DNA of 64,000 nt. Source: an uncultured delta proteobacterium. Its GTDB lineage: Bacteria; Myxococcota_A; Polyangia; Polyangiales; Polyangiaceae. The notes beneath the pieces were generated by a model. That model was not told the DNA's origin, searched no databases, and was given only the letters and a program-made list of their open reading frames with translations. The DNA lies in contig CAWAIF010000003.1 of NCBI GenBank assembly GCA_963782055.1, positions 4,256,001 through 4,320,000 on the forward strand. The letters are read 5' to 3'. The translations under genes and the position numbers were made by a program. How positions within the stretch are numbered: the first letter of the stretch is position 1; every line of letters starts with the position of its first letter. Below are positions 50,417-61,115 of this stretch, piece after piece.

Positions 50417-53189
50417 TCAGTCCACCCTCGGCAGGAGCACGAAGAGGCCGATCACGTCGGCGGGAAGTAACGCCTTCACGCTGTAGCTTCCTCGCGCATC
50501 CGCGGCCTCGCGCACGCGCCGATGGTCGGCGAGCAGCGCCTGTGCGCGGCGCTCGGCGAAGGCGTCGAGCTCAGGAACGCGTGTCTCGATGTGGGCGAGG
50601 GCTTGCTGCACGGCGCGCTCGCGCACGTGCGACGGCGGGTCCACCGCGGGGGGCGGCGCCAGGAGCGCCAGCGCCTCGGCGCCCTCGAGCGGCGTGGGCG
50701 AACTGCCAGTCCAGGCGAGCGCCGTCGCTTCTTCGACAAGCAACGTCGAGGTCCTGCCTGCACGCTGGCTCACGAGCTGATGTCGGAGGCGTAGTAGCGC
50801 GACGACGGTGCGACCGGTCACTTCCGCCGAGGTCCAGCAGCCGACCCGCCCGAGAACGCCGGGATCACTCTCCGCATCCTCCACGCTGCCGCCGAGCGTG
50901 CGTTCGAGCAGCGTCTCCGCGAGCACCGAGATCAGCGGGTGGCTCCGCTGCACCGAACGACAGCGCGGCGCAGGGGGATACGCGAAGTCGATGAGGATCG
51001 AGCCCGTGAGCCCTTCGGACTCCAGGCGCTCGCGCACGTCGTCAGGCAGCGCACCAAGTGGGGCCTTGAAGCCTCGGCGCAGCGCCTCGAGTCCAGAGCC
51101 GAGCCTGGCAAGCGCGCGCCCCGCGAAGCGCTGTACATCCTCGCGCCCGCCCACGGCCACGAGCGACTTGTGCCACTCGGGCAGTACGTCCTCCGGCTTG
51201 AGCCTGCGCTGCGCGAACACGGTTCGGTTCTTCTTCGCTTTCTCCGCTGCGTCCTTCCAGCTCTCGTCAAATAGCTGGAGCTGCTTCATGTTCGCGGCGT
51301 CGCCGCCGCGACGCTTGAGGAGCACCGCCTTGAGGAGCACTTGCGTGAGCACGACGCCGTCGTCGGGCACCGGAACCGGCACGCCGAGCTCCTCGCGGAT
51401 CTTGGCGGCTTTTCGCAAGATGACGTCCAGCACCGCGCCGTCGACGGGGTTGTTCGCCCCATACATCAGAGTCGCGCGCACGACGGGCCGCTCCTGACCG
51501 AAGCGGTCGACGCGGCCCTCACGCTGCTCGTGGCGCGTGGGGTTCCAGGACAGATCGTAGTGCACGACCGCGTCGAAGTGCTCTTGGAGGTTGACCCCTT
51601 CGGAGAGGCAGTCCGTTGCGACGAGCACCCGGCGCTCGGCGTCGCCGAGAAGGTCGACCTTCTCCTTGCGCTCGTCCGAGGTCAGCTCGCCGGTGACCAC
51701 ACTCACCGTGACGTTCTTGAACTTCCCCTCGAGCTGGCGCCCGAGGTAGTGCGCGGTCGCGATGTAGCGGCAGAACACGACGGGGTTGAAGCCGTCGGCG
51801 ACGAGCTCGCTCAGATGGTCCGTGAGCACTTTGAGCTTGGGATCGCCTGACTGCCCCGCGAGGCGCTCAGCCTGTGCAATCGAGATCGTTGAGCGCGGGA
51901 TCGTCCGTGCCCGCTGGCGGCTCGACATCATCGTCGGGGAGCGCGTCGGCTGCGCCGTCGAACACTCGGCTCTCCAAGGCATCGACGTCCTCGTCCTCCT
52001 CGATGCCAGCGCGGGTGCGCAGGGCCTGCACGGCCGCTGCGGGGCTCGAGGCCACGCAGCGCATCAGGGCGAGTGTGCCCCAAAAGTTTAGCCGCTGGCG
52101 CCGCTCGTCGCCCCCCGCCGACTCGACCACCGCAGCGCAGTAGTCGAGGACCGCGTCGAAGAACTTCTCCCAGGCGCCCGTGAGCTTGTACGTAAGCTCC
52201 TTGGTCTCGCGTCGCGGGAAGAGGTTGCCCTCTTTCCACTCGGCGATGTCGGGCCGACGGCGCTGCACGAAGTGCCGCGAGAGTCTGTCGCGGAGGCTGT
52301 CTCGCTCGGGACCGCTCGCGTCCGCCAGCTTCGCGAAGTCTCGATCAAGCAGCCCGAGCAGTCGAAAGAACGCGGCCTCATCGCCGCTGTGCGGGGTGGC
52401 GGTAAGCATCACGAGGTGCCGCGTGGGCGACTCCGTGAGCCCCTTCAGGAGCTCGTAGCGCTGATGGCGCCCCTGACCGGTGGCCGCGCAGGTGTGCGCC
52501 TCATCGACGATCACGAACTCCGGGCACGCGCGCAAGAACTCGGCGCGACGCCGCTCGCTCTTGATGTAGTCGAGGCTCACCACCGTGTGCGGGCACGCCG
52601 AGAAGATGCTCTCGCTCGGCGGCAGGCTTCGCTCGAGTCGGTTCGCACTCGCGGCGGTGACGGCGACCGGGTGGATGTGGAAGCGTGCCTCGAGCTCACC
52701 CACCCACTGGTCGACCAGGTGTGGCGGACACAGCACCGCGAGGCGCTCGATGTCGCCACGGTCGAGCAGCTCGCGGGCAATCAGCGCTGCCTCGATCGTC
52801 TTGCCGACGCCCACATCGTCGGCAATGAGCAACCGCACCGGATCGAGCTTCAGCGCCATCAGCAACGGCACCAGCTGGTAGGCGCGCGGCTCGACGGCGA
52901 TTTGACCGAATCCACGGAAAGGTCCGGCGCCGCGCCGTAGGGAAAGCAAGAGGGCGTCGCGCAGCAGCAGCGCCGCGTCGTGTCCCGCCTTCTGTCGCGG
53001 ATCGGGGCGTGGGAAGGTGGCTTCGGTCACCGGCTCGGCCTCGAGGGCGACATGGATGAGCGTCTGGTCCTCTTCAGAGCCGGACACGGGGCGCACGCGC
53101 AGCGTCTCCCGATCGCTGCCCGTGAGCACGATCCACTCGCGACCGCGCGCGCGGACAAGACTTCCAGGTGAATAGCTCACGTCACTCAT
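50417..53189 (-). pseudogene. SNF2-family helicase (DrmD-like), frameshifted at ~51881
   Basis: LIADDVGVGKT, DEAH and TATPH are in one frame. LVATDCLSEGVNLQ and QREGRVDR are in the next. One extra base in ctc-G-att explains the shift. Confidence 0.8.
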
Positions 53190-56100
53190 GCCGGACGCCC
53201 CAGCGCCTTGGCTAGGCGATCGAGTGAATTGGTCCACGCAGCTTCGTCGCCACCGAAGGTGATGACCTCGAAGCCCTTGTCCTCCAGCTGACTCGCGACG
53301 TCCGGGAGCAATGCCTCGACCAGCGCCGCGACGTAGTGGCTGCGCCAGACAAGCGGCACGTGAACCTCGCCAACGACGAGCGGTTCCGCGTCGGAGGATG
53401 GAAGCTCGCGCGAGCGCGCGAGGTCGAGGAAGCGGACGAGCGAATCGTCCGCGCCTGCCGGTCGGGGGCGCGAGCTTCGGCGCGACACGGGCGGGGCGTC
53501 CAGCCCGGTGGTCGCGGAGCGCGCGAGCCGCAAGAGCAACGACTTTGCGTCGGCGTCACGACGATCGATGCGCTCGTGATCGGGCTGATTGAAGTAGGAC
53601 ATGAGGCACCGATAGCAAGCGGCGACGCACGCGGTGTCGGGAGCGTCGACGAGGTCGTGGGGATCCGCCGGGAGGCTCGCGTCGTCGGTCACCGCAAAGT
53701 GCATGATGGAGAGCGCCTCGCGCGCAACCTCGGCCAGGCGCTCAGGCTCGGCGACGAGCCGCGTGAGCACGCCTGCGCCGCCCTCGGTCGCCTCGTACAA
53801 GAGGAAGCCGCTGCGCTCGTCGCGCGTGGGCATCGGCTCAGCGAGGATCTCACCCTCCTCGAGCTGGAAGACCGCCTCGATGCCGCGCAGGAGCGCGTGC
53901 TGCACCGTTGCCAACGTGGACTGCGACAGCTCCTGCCCGGTGGGCTGCAGCAAGAGCGCGTTCTTGCGGTCCTGCACGCTCGGCACGATCCACTGGCGCG
54001 GCGATGCAGTCGGATCGATGGGTTCGTCGCTCTCGTCCTCGTTCTTCGCCCAGTAGCCCGAGACCGGGTCGATGTTGAAGCCGAACTGAGTGCGGTTGGC
54101 CCGGCGGCGCAGACCCTTATTGAGGCGAGTGATCGTCGCACCCGGGCCGTACGCCAGGCGCAAGATCTCGCCCTCCGCGTCAGCGGCTGCGCCGCGGCGC
54201 ACGTCGACGACGTGATCTCGCACCGCCCACTCGAAGGTGGTCTGTAGCTCGTAGCCTTGCCGCTGCCGCTCCTCGTCGTTCGCGGTGATGCGCTCGGCAG
54301 GCTGCGTAGCGACGTTCTCGATGCGATAGACGTGGTTCACGATCTCGGCGTCGCCGAGCGAGGCACCGCAGGCGTGACACATCGAGGCCTGGTCGTTGAA
54401 GTGCCCGGCGCCGCAGCCCTTACAGATGCGGACTGACTTCGTGGGCAGCCGCGTGTCCGGTGTCGCGCTCCCCTGATGGCTGAGCGAAAGGAGCGCGCGC
54501 ACGACGCGGTAGGCTCGGCCCTCGTGGTAGACGAGGCTGCGTGGGCCAAACTCCGAAAGCGCCAGGAAGCGCGGGCGCTGCAGGTACGTCTGGCGACCTC
54601 GCCCGTCGTTCGTCGCCGGCACGTACGCCATGAGCGGAAGGCGCGGGAAGTTGTAGCCCGGCAGGAAGCCCTCCGTGGCGAGGTAGCGATACGTGTAGAA
54701 GTCATTCGACTGGCTACTCGTGCCCTTCTGAAGCAGCTCGAGCTGATCTCGCGCCTGCAAGTACCGACTCTTGGCGGCCTTCTTCTCGGCCGGTGGCGCG
54801 GAGTAGTCGCTCTCGGTACGGTGTGCCGCGTCGCGCTGTTGCTCCGCGGCGAGGAAGAGATCACGCCAGCGGCTGAATGCTTTGTCGAATCTGTTGACCG
54901 CTTGCGCCACGACCTCGGTCGCGAACTCATCGCGCCCGGGGTACCAGGGCGCGAGCTCCTCCCTCAGGTCGTCCTCAAGCAGGTCGAGCACGCGACGGAT
55001 GCGCCGCACAGCCTCCTCGGCAGCGCGCGCCGTGCTCATCGGGGCCCTCACCTCGGGCTTCAGCGGCCGGGTGGGCTCGGCCAGCACCAGCAGCTCGGCG
55101 ATCGAAGGATCGAGCGGCTCCTCGGTGCACGCGAGCCACACCGCGGAGAGATGGCTCTCGACGAGATCCCGGTTCGCGAGGTCGAGGAGCGGCGGCCGCA
55201 CTTCGCCGTGCACCATGCCCTTCGGATCCCGGAAGAAGTACTGGTCGTGCGGCCCTTGCGACGAGCAATAGGTGAGGACGAGGGCCGCCTGGCCGCTGCG
55301 GCCGGCACGACCGCTGCGCTGGGCGTAGTTCGCCGGCGTCGGCGGCACGTTGCGCAGGTACACGGCGTTAAGCGCCGAGATGTCGACTCCGAGCTCCATT
55401 GTCGGGGAGCAGAAGAGGACCGGCAGGAAACGGTTGGCCTCGCCGATCTCGCGCAGGTGCTTCTCGTCCGCGGCTAGCTCCTCTCGTTCCTTACCACCGT
55501 AGCGGAAGCGCTTCTCGCGCACCGCGCGCTTCTCGCCGTCGACCTGCGCTGTGTGCTCACGCGCCTCGAAACCGAAGAGCGGATGCACAGGGTCGCGCAG
55601 CAGGCGTGCGAGGTTCGCGTAGAAGTCGCGAAAGAACGCGCTCTCGTTCGGGTGCTTCGGGTCGATCGTCGGTGTGCCCTTCTTGAAGAGCACGCACGCG
55701 TCGTTAAGGCGCCAGCCGGTCTGGTTGCTGAATGGCGTGACCTCCTCCGAGATGAGCCCGTGCGTGGACGCGGCGCGGAGGAGCGCCTCGATGAGCGCGT
55801 CGAACTCCTTGGACTTCAGCGCGCGCACCGCGGTGCTGTCGTCCCACAGCTTACGGCCGCTCGGTGAGGTCGAGGCACGCAGCAGCTTGCCGAGTGCGCT
55901 ACGTGAGCCGCCGCGCACTATCAGGTCCTCGTCGCGCAGGGTCGTGTCCCGACGCGAAGGTGGCGTGATCATGAGCCAGCGCGCGCGACTCGGCTTCTCG
56001 TCGATGCCGAAGCCCCACGGGGCGCGCAGCCGGCTGTGCGACTTTGCGACGATCTGTTCGATCGAGGTCGGCTCCAGAACTTGGCTGCGGATCGCCATCC

Positions 56101-58525
56101 ACTTGCGCAGGTGGTCGAGTAGCTCGCGGTAGATCGCGGCACGCACGCGGTGCGACGCACTCCGCAGCACCGCCGGTGCAGCGGCGAACAGCTCGTCATC
56201 GGCGGCCAGCTCGTCGAGGCCCAGGTAGTCGACTTCGACCAGCTCGAGCTGCTCGAGGTTCGGGTTCGTGTAGCGCCAACCGCGACGCTGATCGAACCAG
56301 ACGCGATACGAGAGGACCTGCCGCAGGGTGCTCTCGGCTTCCTGTAGGTTGAAGCCCTTCAGCCCGGGTTCGAGCAGCCACTCGGTACGGATCTCCTGGG
56401 TCGCCCGGTCGAAGCCGAGCGACTTCTGCTGTGCGCCGCCGAGTTCGTCGCTGCGGAGCCCCTTTTCCCCGGCAATCTCGAGAGCGCCCAGGAACGCCGC
56501 GCGGATGAGGCTGACGAAGAGGAAGTCGTTGAAGTGGCCCGCCTGCAGCGCCGCGTCTTGCCGATTGTCTGTGAAGCCGAGGAGCTTGCGCGTGTGCGGC
56601 TCGAGCCCCGAGTCGGAGCCGTGCATCCAGCGCAGAGCGCTGCCGACGAGCACGGTGGTCGCCGAGCTTCGGCCTTCCGCCGACAGCGACGCCAGCCGGT
56701 TGCGATCACGGGCGGCGCCGCCCTGCGTCGCCCCGCAGCGCAGGCAAAAGCGAAATTTGCCGGGCAGGAACCACGCTTTGGTACCCGCACCGAGCTTACC
56801 GTTCGGAGCGACCGTCACCGAGCGGGCACGCGCTCCCCGGTAGTGAGCTTTGAGGCGGGGATTGCCGCCGGAGTCGTATTCGAGCCAGGTCTCTGGATAG
56901 TCGTCGTCGCGATCCGCGAACGAGAAGTCGGCGTCACGAGCGTGCGGAGTGAGGAAACCGAAGACCTCGCGGTCGGCCGCGTCGTCCGTATCGTCGCCAG
57001 CGCTCTCGTCGTCGTCGTCCGCGCGCGCCGGCGCGGCGTCATCGATGTCGCGTGCGAGGAAGCTCCGGTCGCCGCCGTCGTTGACGAAGCGCACCGGGTG
57101 ATATTCATGGCCGCAGTCACGGCAAAAGTGCACCGAGTAGAGACGCTTATCGGGTTCGCCCGGCAGGAACTGCTGTCCGTCGACGGTCGCCGTGCGCTGG
57201 CCGGGCGCCTCGAGCGTGGCGTACGCATGCCCGGCGCCGGAGATGAACTGGTGCAGCTTGAAGGCGAAAAAGCTGCGCTCGCTCGCGTCCGGTGAGCTGG
57301 TGCGCTCGCGCTCGGGGATGCTCGAAATGAGCAAGAGCGAGCGGAGCGCTGTGCGACAGGCGGAGACGTCGCGGCCGGCGTCGTCGCTGAGAGCGCGGGC
57401 GGCCTCCTCGACGGTAAGCGGGCGAGCGCGCACCCAGCGCTGGTCAACTTCGGACCACGACACGCCGAGACGTGTCTCGACCCAAATGGTCAACGGATGC
57501 GTACGCAGCGCGGCATCCGTGATGGTCGACGAGAGCCCCGTGTCGATCGCCGGACCGAGCGCCTTGCGCACCGAGATCGCGTTCTGCGCGGAGTCGGTCA
57601 CGCGCTCGAGCGTTTCGACGATGACGTTGCTCTCGGGTATCTCTATCGAGAAGAGCTTTGAGGCCACGCGCGCGACGACGCGCCCCTTGTCCTCGAGCGA
57701 ACCCTCGCTGGCCATGGTGGCGGAGGTGCCGATGCATTGGAGCTTCTCGGGCGACAGACGCTCGCGAACGCGGCGAACGAGGAGCGCAACGTCAGCGCCC
57801 TGGCGACCGCGATAGGTGTGCAGCTCGTCGAGCACGAGGAAGCGAAGCCCCGCGCAGTTCCCGATGACCTTGCGATCCAGCTCATCCTGCCGGGTCATCA
57901 GGAGTTCGAGCATCATGAAGTTGGTCAGGAGAATATCGGGCGGGTTCTCGGAGATCCGACGACGCTCCTCCGTGTCCTCCTGCCCCGTGTAGCGGGCAAA
58001 CGTGACGGGCTTCTCCCCGGTCACGTTCTTGATGAACTTATCGAGCTCCTCGAGCTGGCTGTTGGCCAGCGCATTCATCGGATAGATGATGATCGCTCGC
58101 GTCCGCGGCGCGGTTCGCGTGCGTTTCTCGGCGAGCACGGCGTTCACGATCGGGATGAAGAAGCAGAGCGACTTGCCCGAGCCGGTTCCCGTGGTGACGA
58201 CGTAGCTCTCGCCCTGCGACGCGAGCGCGATTGCCTGCTCCTGGTGCTTGTAGAGCGAGAGCGGCGCGCCGCCGGCCCCAAATATTTCGGCCGTCCTCGG
58301 CTCGAGCGCGCCGCCCGTGATGAGGCTCGCGAGATTGGCGCCACGCTTGTAGCTGGGGTTGATCTGGATGAGCGGCTCTGGCCAGAAGCGGCCCTCGGCG
58401 TAGATCGCTTCGACCTGCTGGCGGATGTCCTCCGCATGGATAGTGGTGAAGGACGTCGCGAACTTCCGGTACTCGCCGACGACCGTGTCGCGCAACGAGA
58501 AGACGTCCATCCACTTTGCGCTCAT
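53186..58525 (-). CDS. Large DEAD/DEAH-box helicase with a C-terminal DUF1998 Zn domain (DrmA+DrmB / DruE-like)
   Basis: TGTGSGKS, YPMNALANSQ, DELH, SAT, TMELGVDI, QRSGRAGR, YEATEGGAG, CVAACYRCL. Confidence 0.9.
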   Translation of the reverse strand: MSAKWMDVFSLRDTVVGEYRKFATSFTTIHAEDIRQQVEAIYAEGRFWPEPLIQINPSYKRGANLASLITGGALEPRTAEIFGAGGAPLSLYKHQEQAIALASQGESYVVTTGTGSGKSLCFFIPIVNAVLAEKRTRTAPRTRAIIIYPMNALANSQLEELDKFIKNVTGEKPVTFARYTGQEDTEERRRISENPPDILLTNFMMLELLMTRQDELDRKVIGNCAGLRFLVLDELHTYRGRQGADVALLVRRVRERLSPEKLQCIGTSATMASEGSLEDKGRVVARVASKLFSIEIPESNVIVETLERVTDSAQNAISVRKALGPAIDTGLSSTITDAALRTHPLTIWVETRLGVSWSEVDQRWVRARPLTVEEAARALSDDAGRDVSACRTALRSLLLISSIPERERTSSPDASERSFFAFKLHQFISGAGHAYATLEAPGQRTATVDGQQFLPGEPDKRLYSVHFCRDCGHEYHPVRFVNDGGDRSFLARDIDDAAPARADDDDESAGDDTDDAADREVFGFLTPHARDADFSFADRDDDYPETWLEYDSGGNPRLKAHYRGARARSVTVAPNGKLGAGTKAWFLPGKFRFCLRCGATQGGAARDRNRLASLSAEGRSSATTVLVGSALRWMHGSDSGLEPHTRKLLGFTDNRQDAALQAGHFNDFLFVSLIRAAFLGALEIAGEKGLRSDELGGAQQKSLGFDRATQEIRTEWLLEPGLKGFNLQEAESTLRQVLSYRVWFDQRRGWRYTNPNLEQLELVEVDYLGLDELAADDELFAAAPAVLRSASHRVRAAIYRELLDHLRKWMAIRSQVLEPTSIEQIVAKSHSRLRAPWGFGIDEKPSRARWLMITPPSRRDTTLRDEDLIVRGGSRSALGKLLRASTSPSGRKLWDDSTAVRALKSKEFDALIEALLRAASTHGLISEEVTPFSNQTGWRLNDACVLFKKGTPTIDPKHPNESAFFRDFYANLARLLRDPVHPLFGFEAREHTAQVDGEKRAVREKRFRYGGKEREELAADEKHLREIGEANRFLPVLFCSPTMELGVDISALNAVYLRNVPPTPANYAQRSGRAGRSGQAALVLTYCSSQGPHDQYFFRDPKGMVHGEVRPPLLDLANRDLVESHLSAVWLACTEEPLDPSIAELLVLAEPTRPLKPEVRAPMSTARAAEEAVRRIRRVLDLLEDDLREELAPWYPGRDEFATEVVAQAVNRFDKAFSRWRDLFLAAEQQRDAAHRTESDYSAPPAEKKAAKSRYLQARDQLELLQKGTSSQSNDFYTYRYLATEGFLPGYNFPRLPLMAYVPATNDGRGRQTYLQRPRFLALSEFGPRSLVYHEGRAYRVVRALLSLSHQGSATPDTRLPTKSVRICKGCGAGHFNDQASMCHACGASLGDAEIVNHVYRIENVATQPAERITANDEERQRQGYELQTTFEWAVRDHVVDVRRGAAADAEGEILRLAYGPGATITRLNKGLRRRANRTQFGFNIDPVSGYWAKNEDESDEPIDPTASPRQWIVPSVQDRKNALLLQPTGQELSQSTLATVQHALLRGIEAVFQLEEGEILAEPMPTRDERSGFLLYEATEGGAGVLTRLVAEPERLAEVAREALSIMHFAVTDDASLPADPHDLVDAPDTACVAACYRCLMSYFNQPDHERIDRRDADAKSLLLRLARSATTGLDAPPVSRRSSRPRPAGADDSLVRFLDLARSRELPSSDAEPLVVGEVHVPLVWRSHYVAALVEALLPDVASQLEDKGFEVITFGGDEAAWTNSLDRLAKALGRPA

Positions 58526-58734
58526 TTCTTCCCCCCTCGTCGCACGTGCACTTCGTCTGCGCTTTCGACACCACCCGCGCGCACCCAGGTGTCGACCTCG
58601 GTGAGCTTGAACTTCCAGAGGCGACCGATCTTGTGCGCCGGCAGACCGCGGTGCTCGATCCAGCGGTAGATGGAGTCTTTCACGACGCCGAGATGCTTCG
58701 CGACGTCTTCGACCGAGACCCAAGGCTCTGTCAT
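58522..58734 (-). CDS. Excisionase-like HTH (HTH_17/MerR-type) DNA-binding protein
   Basis: WVSVEDVAKHLGVVKDSIYRWI..LPAHKIGRLWKF. ATGA overlap with the helicase gene. Confidence 0.88.
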   Translation of the reverse strand: MTEPWVSVEDVAKHLGVVKDSIYRWIEHRGLPAHKIGRLWKFKLTEVDTWVRAGGVESADEVHVRRGGKK

Positions 58735-58804
58735 TGCGGTCGTTCCTTGCAGGGTGGCCGGGGCAGAGGCTCGCATGAGCGCCTCAGCCTATCGGCCTGC
58801 GCGA

Positions 58805-58856
58805 GGGTCGACAAGAGCCAGCTAAAGTCGGCCAAAGTCGGTAACAGTCGGCGATA
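58805..58856. repeat. 10-bp-phased direct repeats (aaAGTCGg) upstream of the HTH gene
   Basis: gctaaAGTCG gccaaAGTCG gtaacAGTCG g, plus an in-phase GTCG at 58807. Confidence 0.7.
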
Positions 58857-58978
58857 GCTTCGCGGAAGCCCGCTCGTTCGACCGCTTGACCACTATGGCG
58901 CGCACGAGCGCGGAGCGAGCTGTCGAACTGCGCGCGATGCTCGGCTGCGACCGGCCGTGTCGCAGCAACGGGGCGACG

Positions 58979-59410
58979 CTACCTGGCCGCCGGCAGCCCG
59001 CGCGCGAAGCGCCGTCGCTGATCGCGCCAGTCAGCCACGCGCACGAGCGCTCGCAGCCCTCGCTCGGAGGCGCGATCACGACCGGCAACCACCTCCGCGA
59101 ACAGGACCTCTTCCTGGATTGCGGGCGCGAGCAGCGTCAGGTCGATCAGCTGCGTCATCCGCGCCCGCGTGAACCCGAGCACGCGCGCGGCGTCGGCCTG
59201 GTCGGCGAACATCCGCTCGTCAATCAGCCGGACGATCTCGTGCGCGAGTGCCAGCATCCTCGCGACCGCGAGCGGCCTCGGCGTCGCCGTGGGGCGATCG
59301 GCGACGGGCGAGCGCGATAGACCGACGGCCCGGCCGCGACGCCGGAAGAACGACGCCTGGACCACGACGTCCCCATCCGCCGGTCGCACCGCCGCTCCTC
59401 CGCCCCCCAT
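58979..59410 (-). CDS. Recombinase-associated HTH-like hypothetical protein
   Basis: ARMLALAH..ADAARVLGFTRARMTQLIDLTLLAPAIQEEVL. TGATG overlap with the recombinase gene. Confidence 0.7.
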   Translation of the reverse strand: MGGGGAAVRPADGDVVVQASFFRRRGRAVGLSRSPVADRPTATPRPLAVARMLALAHEIVRLIDERMFADQADAARVLGFTRARMTQLIDLTLLAPAIQEEVLFAEVVAGRDRASERGLRALVRVADWRDQRRRFARGLPAAR

Positions 59411-60942
59411 CAGATCGCCTCCGCCACTGGTACGCGCGCCGGCTTCGCTTTCGCTCCGACGAGCGCGATGCGCACCTGCTCACGCTCCGCGTCGAGCACC
59501 ACCTCGTCGACGACGGCGTGCACGAGCACCACGCGGTTGGCATCCGTCAGCGCGTCCCACATCGCGTCGAAGCGACCGAGCGCGCGCTCAATCCAAGCCG
59601 CGTCGGCCTCGAGCCCGACGAGTCCGCGGAGCTCTCGCTGCACGTCGGCGAGGCGGGCCTGCTGGGCCGCGACGATCCCCGCCTCCTCGTCGACCCGGCG
59701 CCTCAAGACCGCCTTGGCAGCCTCGGGCGCCTCCGGCAGCGCGAGCGCGAAGCTGTGCACGCGCGATGAAGCCTCGCCGAGGGTCTTCGGCAGAGTGTCC
59801 GCCTCGTGGGTCAGGACCTCCCGCCGCAAGTCGATCCTCCCCTGCAACGCAGCGCAGACCCGTCCGGCGAAGTCGGGCGTTCGCGCGTTCTCACGAAGCA
59901 CGTCGACGACGAGGCTCTCGACCTGCTCCAACGGCAGCCGCGTTCGAGCGGTGCACTTGTCCGTACCCTTCTTCTGCGCGGTCTCGCACCGCAAGTAGCG
60001 ATACGTGCGGCGCCCACGCCGCGCGTACTCCACGATCATCTTCGCGCGACATCCCGCGCACCGGGCAAGCCCCCGGAGGATACTGTCTCCCTCGCCGCGG
60101 CGATTCAGCGCCGGCGCCGAACGGTTGATGAGGCCTTGCACCCGATCGAACGTCGCGACGTCGAGGACTGCGGCGTGCTCACCGGGGAAGCGCTCGTCTT
60201 CGTGGCGCGTGTAGCCCGCGTAGATGGGGTTCTTCAGCACTCGGAGCACCGCGTCCTTCGTCCATCGGCGCTGCTTCTTCGTCGTCACACCGACACCGTT
60301 CAGCTCGTCGATGATCCTCAGGATCGAGCGGTGCGCCTCGTAGAGCGCGAAGATCTGCCGAACCACGCGCGCCTCGGCGTCATCGACCGCGAGCTTGCCC
60401 TCGACGATTTGGTAGCCGATAGGAACGGGTCCGCCGGTCCACTTCCCCTTGCGGCGGGCGGCGACCACCTTGTCGCGCGTGCGCTCGGCGATCATCGATC
60501 GCTCAAATTCGGCAAAACTGATCAACATGTTCAGCGTGAGCCGTCCCATCGCGTCGGCGGTGCTGAAGTTCTGGGTGACGCTCACGAACGCGGCCTTCGC
60601 GCGATCGAAGCGGTCCATCAGCTTGGCAAAGTCGAGCAACGATCGGCTGAGGCGATCGACCTTGTAGACGACGACGATGTCGATCTTGCCGGCGTCGACG
60701 TCCTCGAGCAGCCTCTGGAAAGCAGGCCGCTCGATGTTCGCGCCGGTGAAGCCGCCGTCGTCGTACCGATCGTCGACGACCGTCCAGCCCTCCTGCCGAG
60801 CGATGTATGCGAGGCAGGCCTCGCGTTGCGCGTCGAGCGAATTGAAGTCCATCTCGAGCCCCGCCGACGTCGACTTGCGCGTGTAGATCGCGCATCGCTT
60901 CTGCGTCGTCGCGTCGGCGGCGGCTCGCGTCATCCGGCTCAT
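59410..60942 (-). CDS. Large serine recombinase (resolvase + recombinase + Zn-ribbon + coiled coil)
   Basis: AIYTRKS, SLDAQ, YKVDRLSRS, FAEFERSMIAER, NPIYAG, CAGC..YLRC..C. Confidence 0.93.
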   Translation of the reverse strand: MSRMTRAAADATTQKRCAIYTRKSTSAGLEMDFNSLDAQREACLAYIARQEGWTVVDDRYDDGGFTGANIERPAFQRLLEDVDAGKIDIVVVYKVDRLSRSLLDFAKLMDRFDRAKAAFVSVTQNFSTADAMGRLTLNMLISFAEFERSMIAERTRDKVVAARRKGKWTGGPVPIGYQIVEGKLAVDDAEARVVRQIFALYEAHRSILRIIDELNGVGVTTKKQRRWTKDAVLRVLKNPIYAGYTRHEDERFPGEHAAVLDVATFDRVQGLINRSAPALNRRGEGDSILRGLARCAGCRAKMIVEYARRGRRTYRYLRCETAQKKGTDKCTARTRLPLEQVESLVVDVLRENARTPDFAGRVCAALQGRIDLRREVLTHEADTLPKTLGEASSRVHSFALALPEAPEAAKAVLRRRVDEEAGIVAAQQARLADVQRELRGLVGLEADAAWIERALGRFDAMWDALTDANRVVLVHAVVDEVVLDAEREQVRIALVGAKAKPARVPVAEAI

Positions 60943-61115
60943 CGCGGAGCTTCCTTCGACTCGGTGCCGACGTGCGGATCAGCATTCCGCTCGAGCACGA
61001 CCACGAGTCGCTCGAGGAGGTCGGCGATGCGCGCGAGGTTGCGCGTGAGCTCGGGCACCGTGTGATCGTAGAATCGGTGCCCCATCTGCGTGCGGTAGAA
61101 CGGGACGTCGCTCAT
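60939..61115 (-). CDS. Small hypothetical protein
   Basis: MSDVPFYRTQMGHRFY, with ATGA overlaps on both sides. Confidence 0.6.
   Translation of the reverse strand: MSDVPFYRTQMGHRFYDHTVPELTRNLARIADLLERLVVVLERNADPHVGTESKEAPR

Noticed and set aside
58805..58856. Short repeats as a mini-CRISPR
   Set aside because: The period is 10 bp with no spacers, and there are no cas genes.
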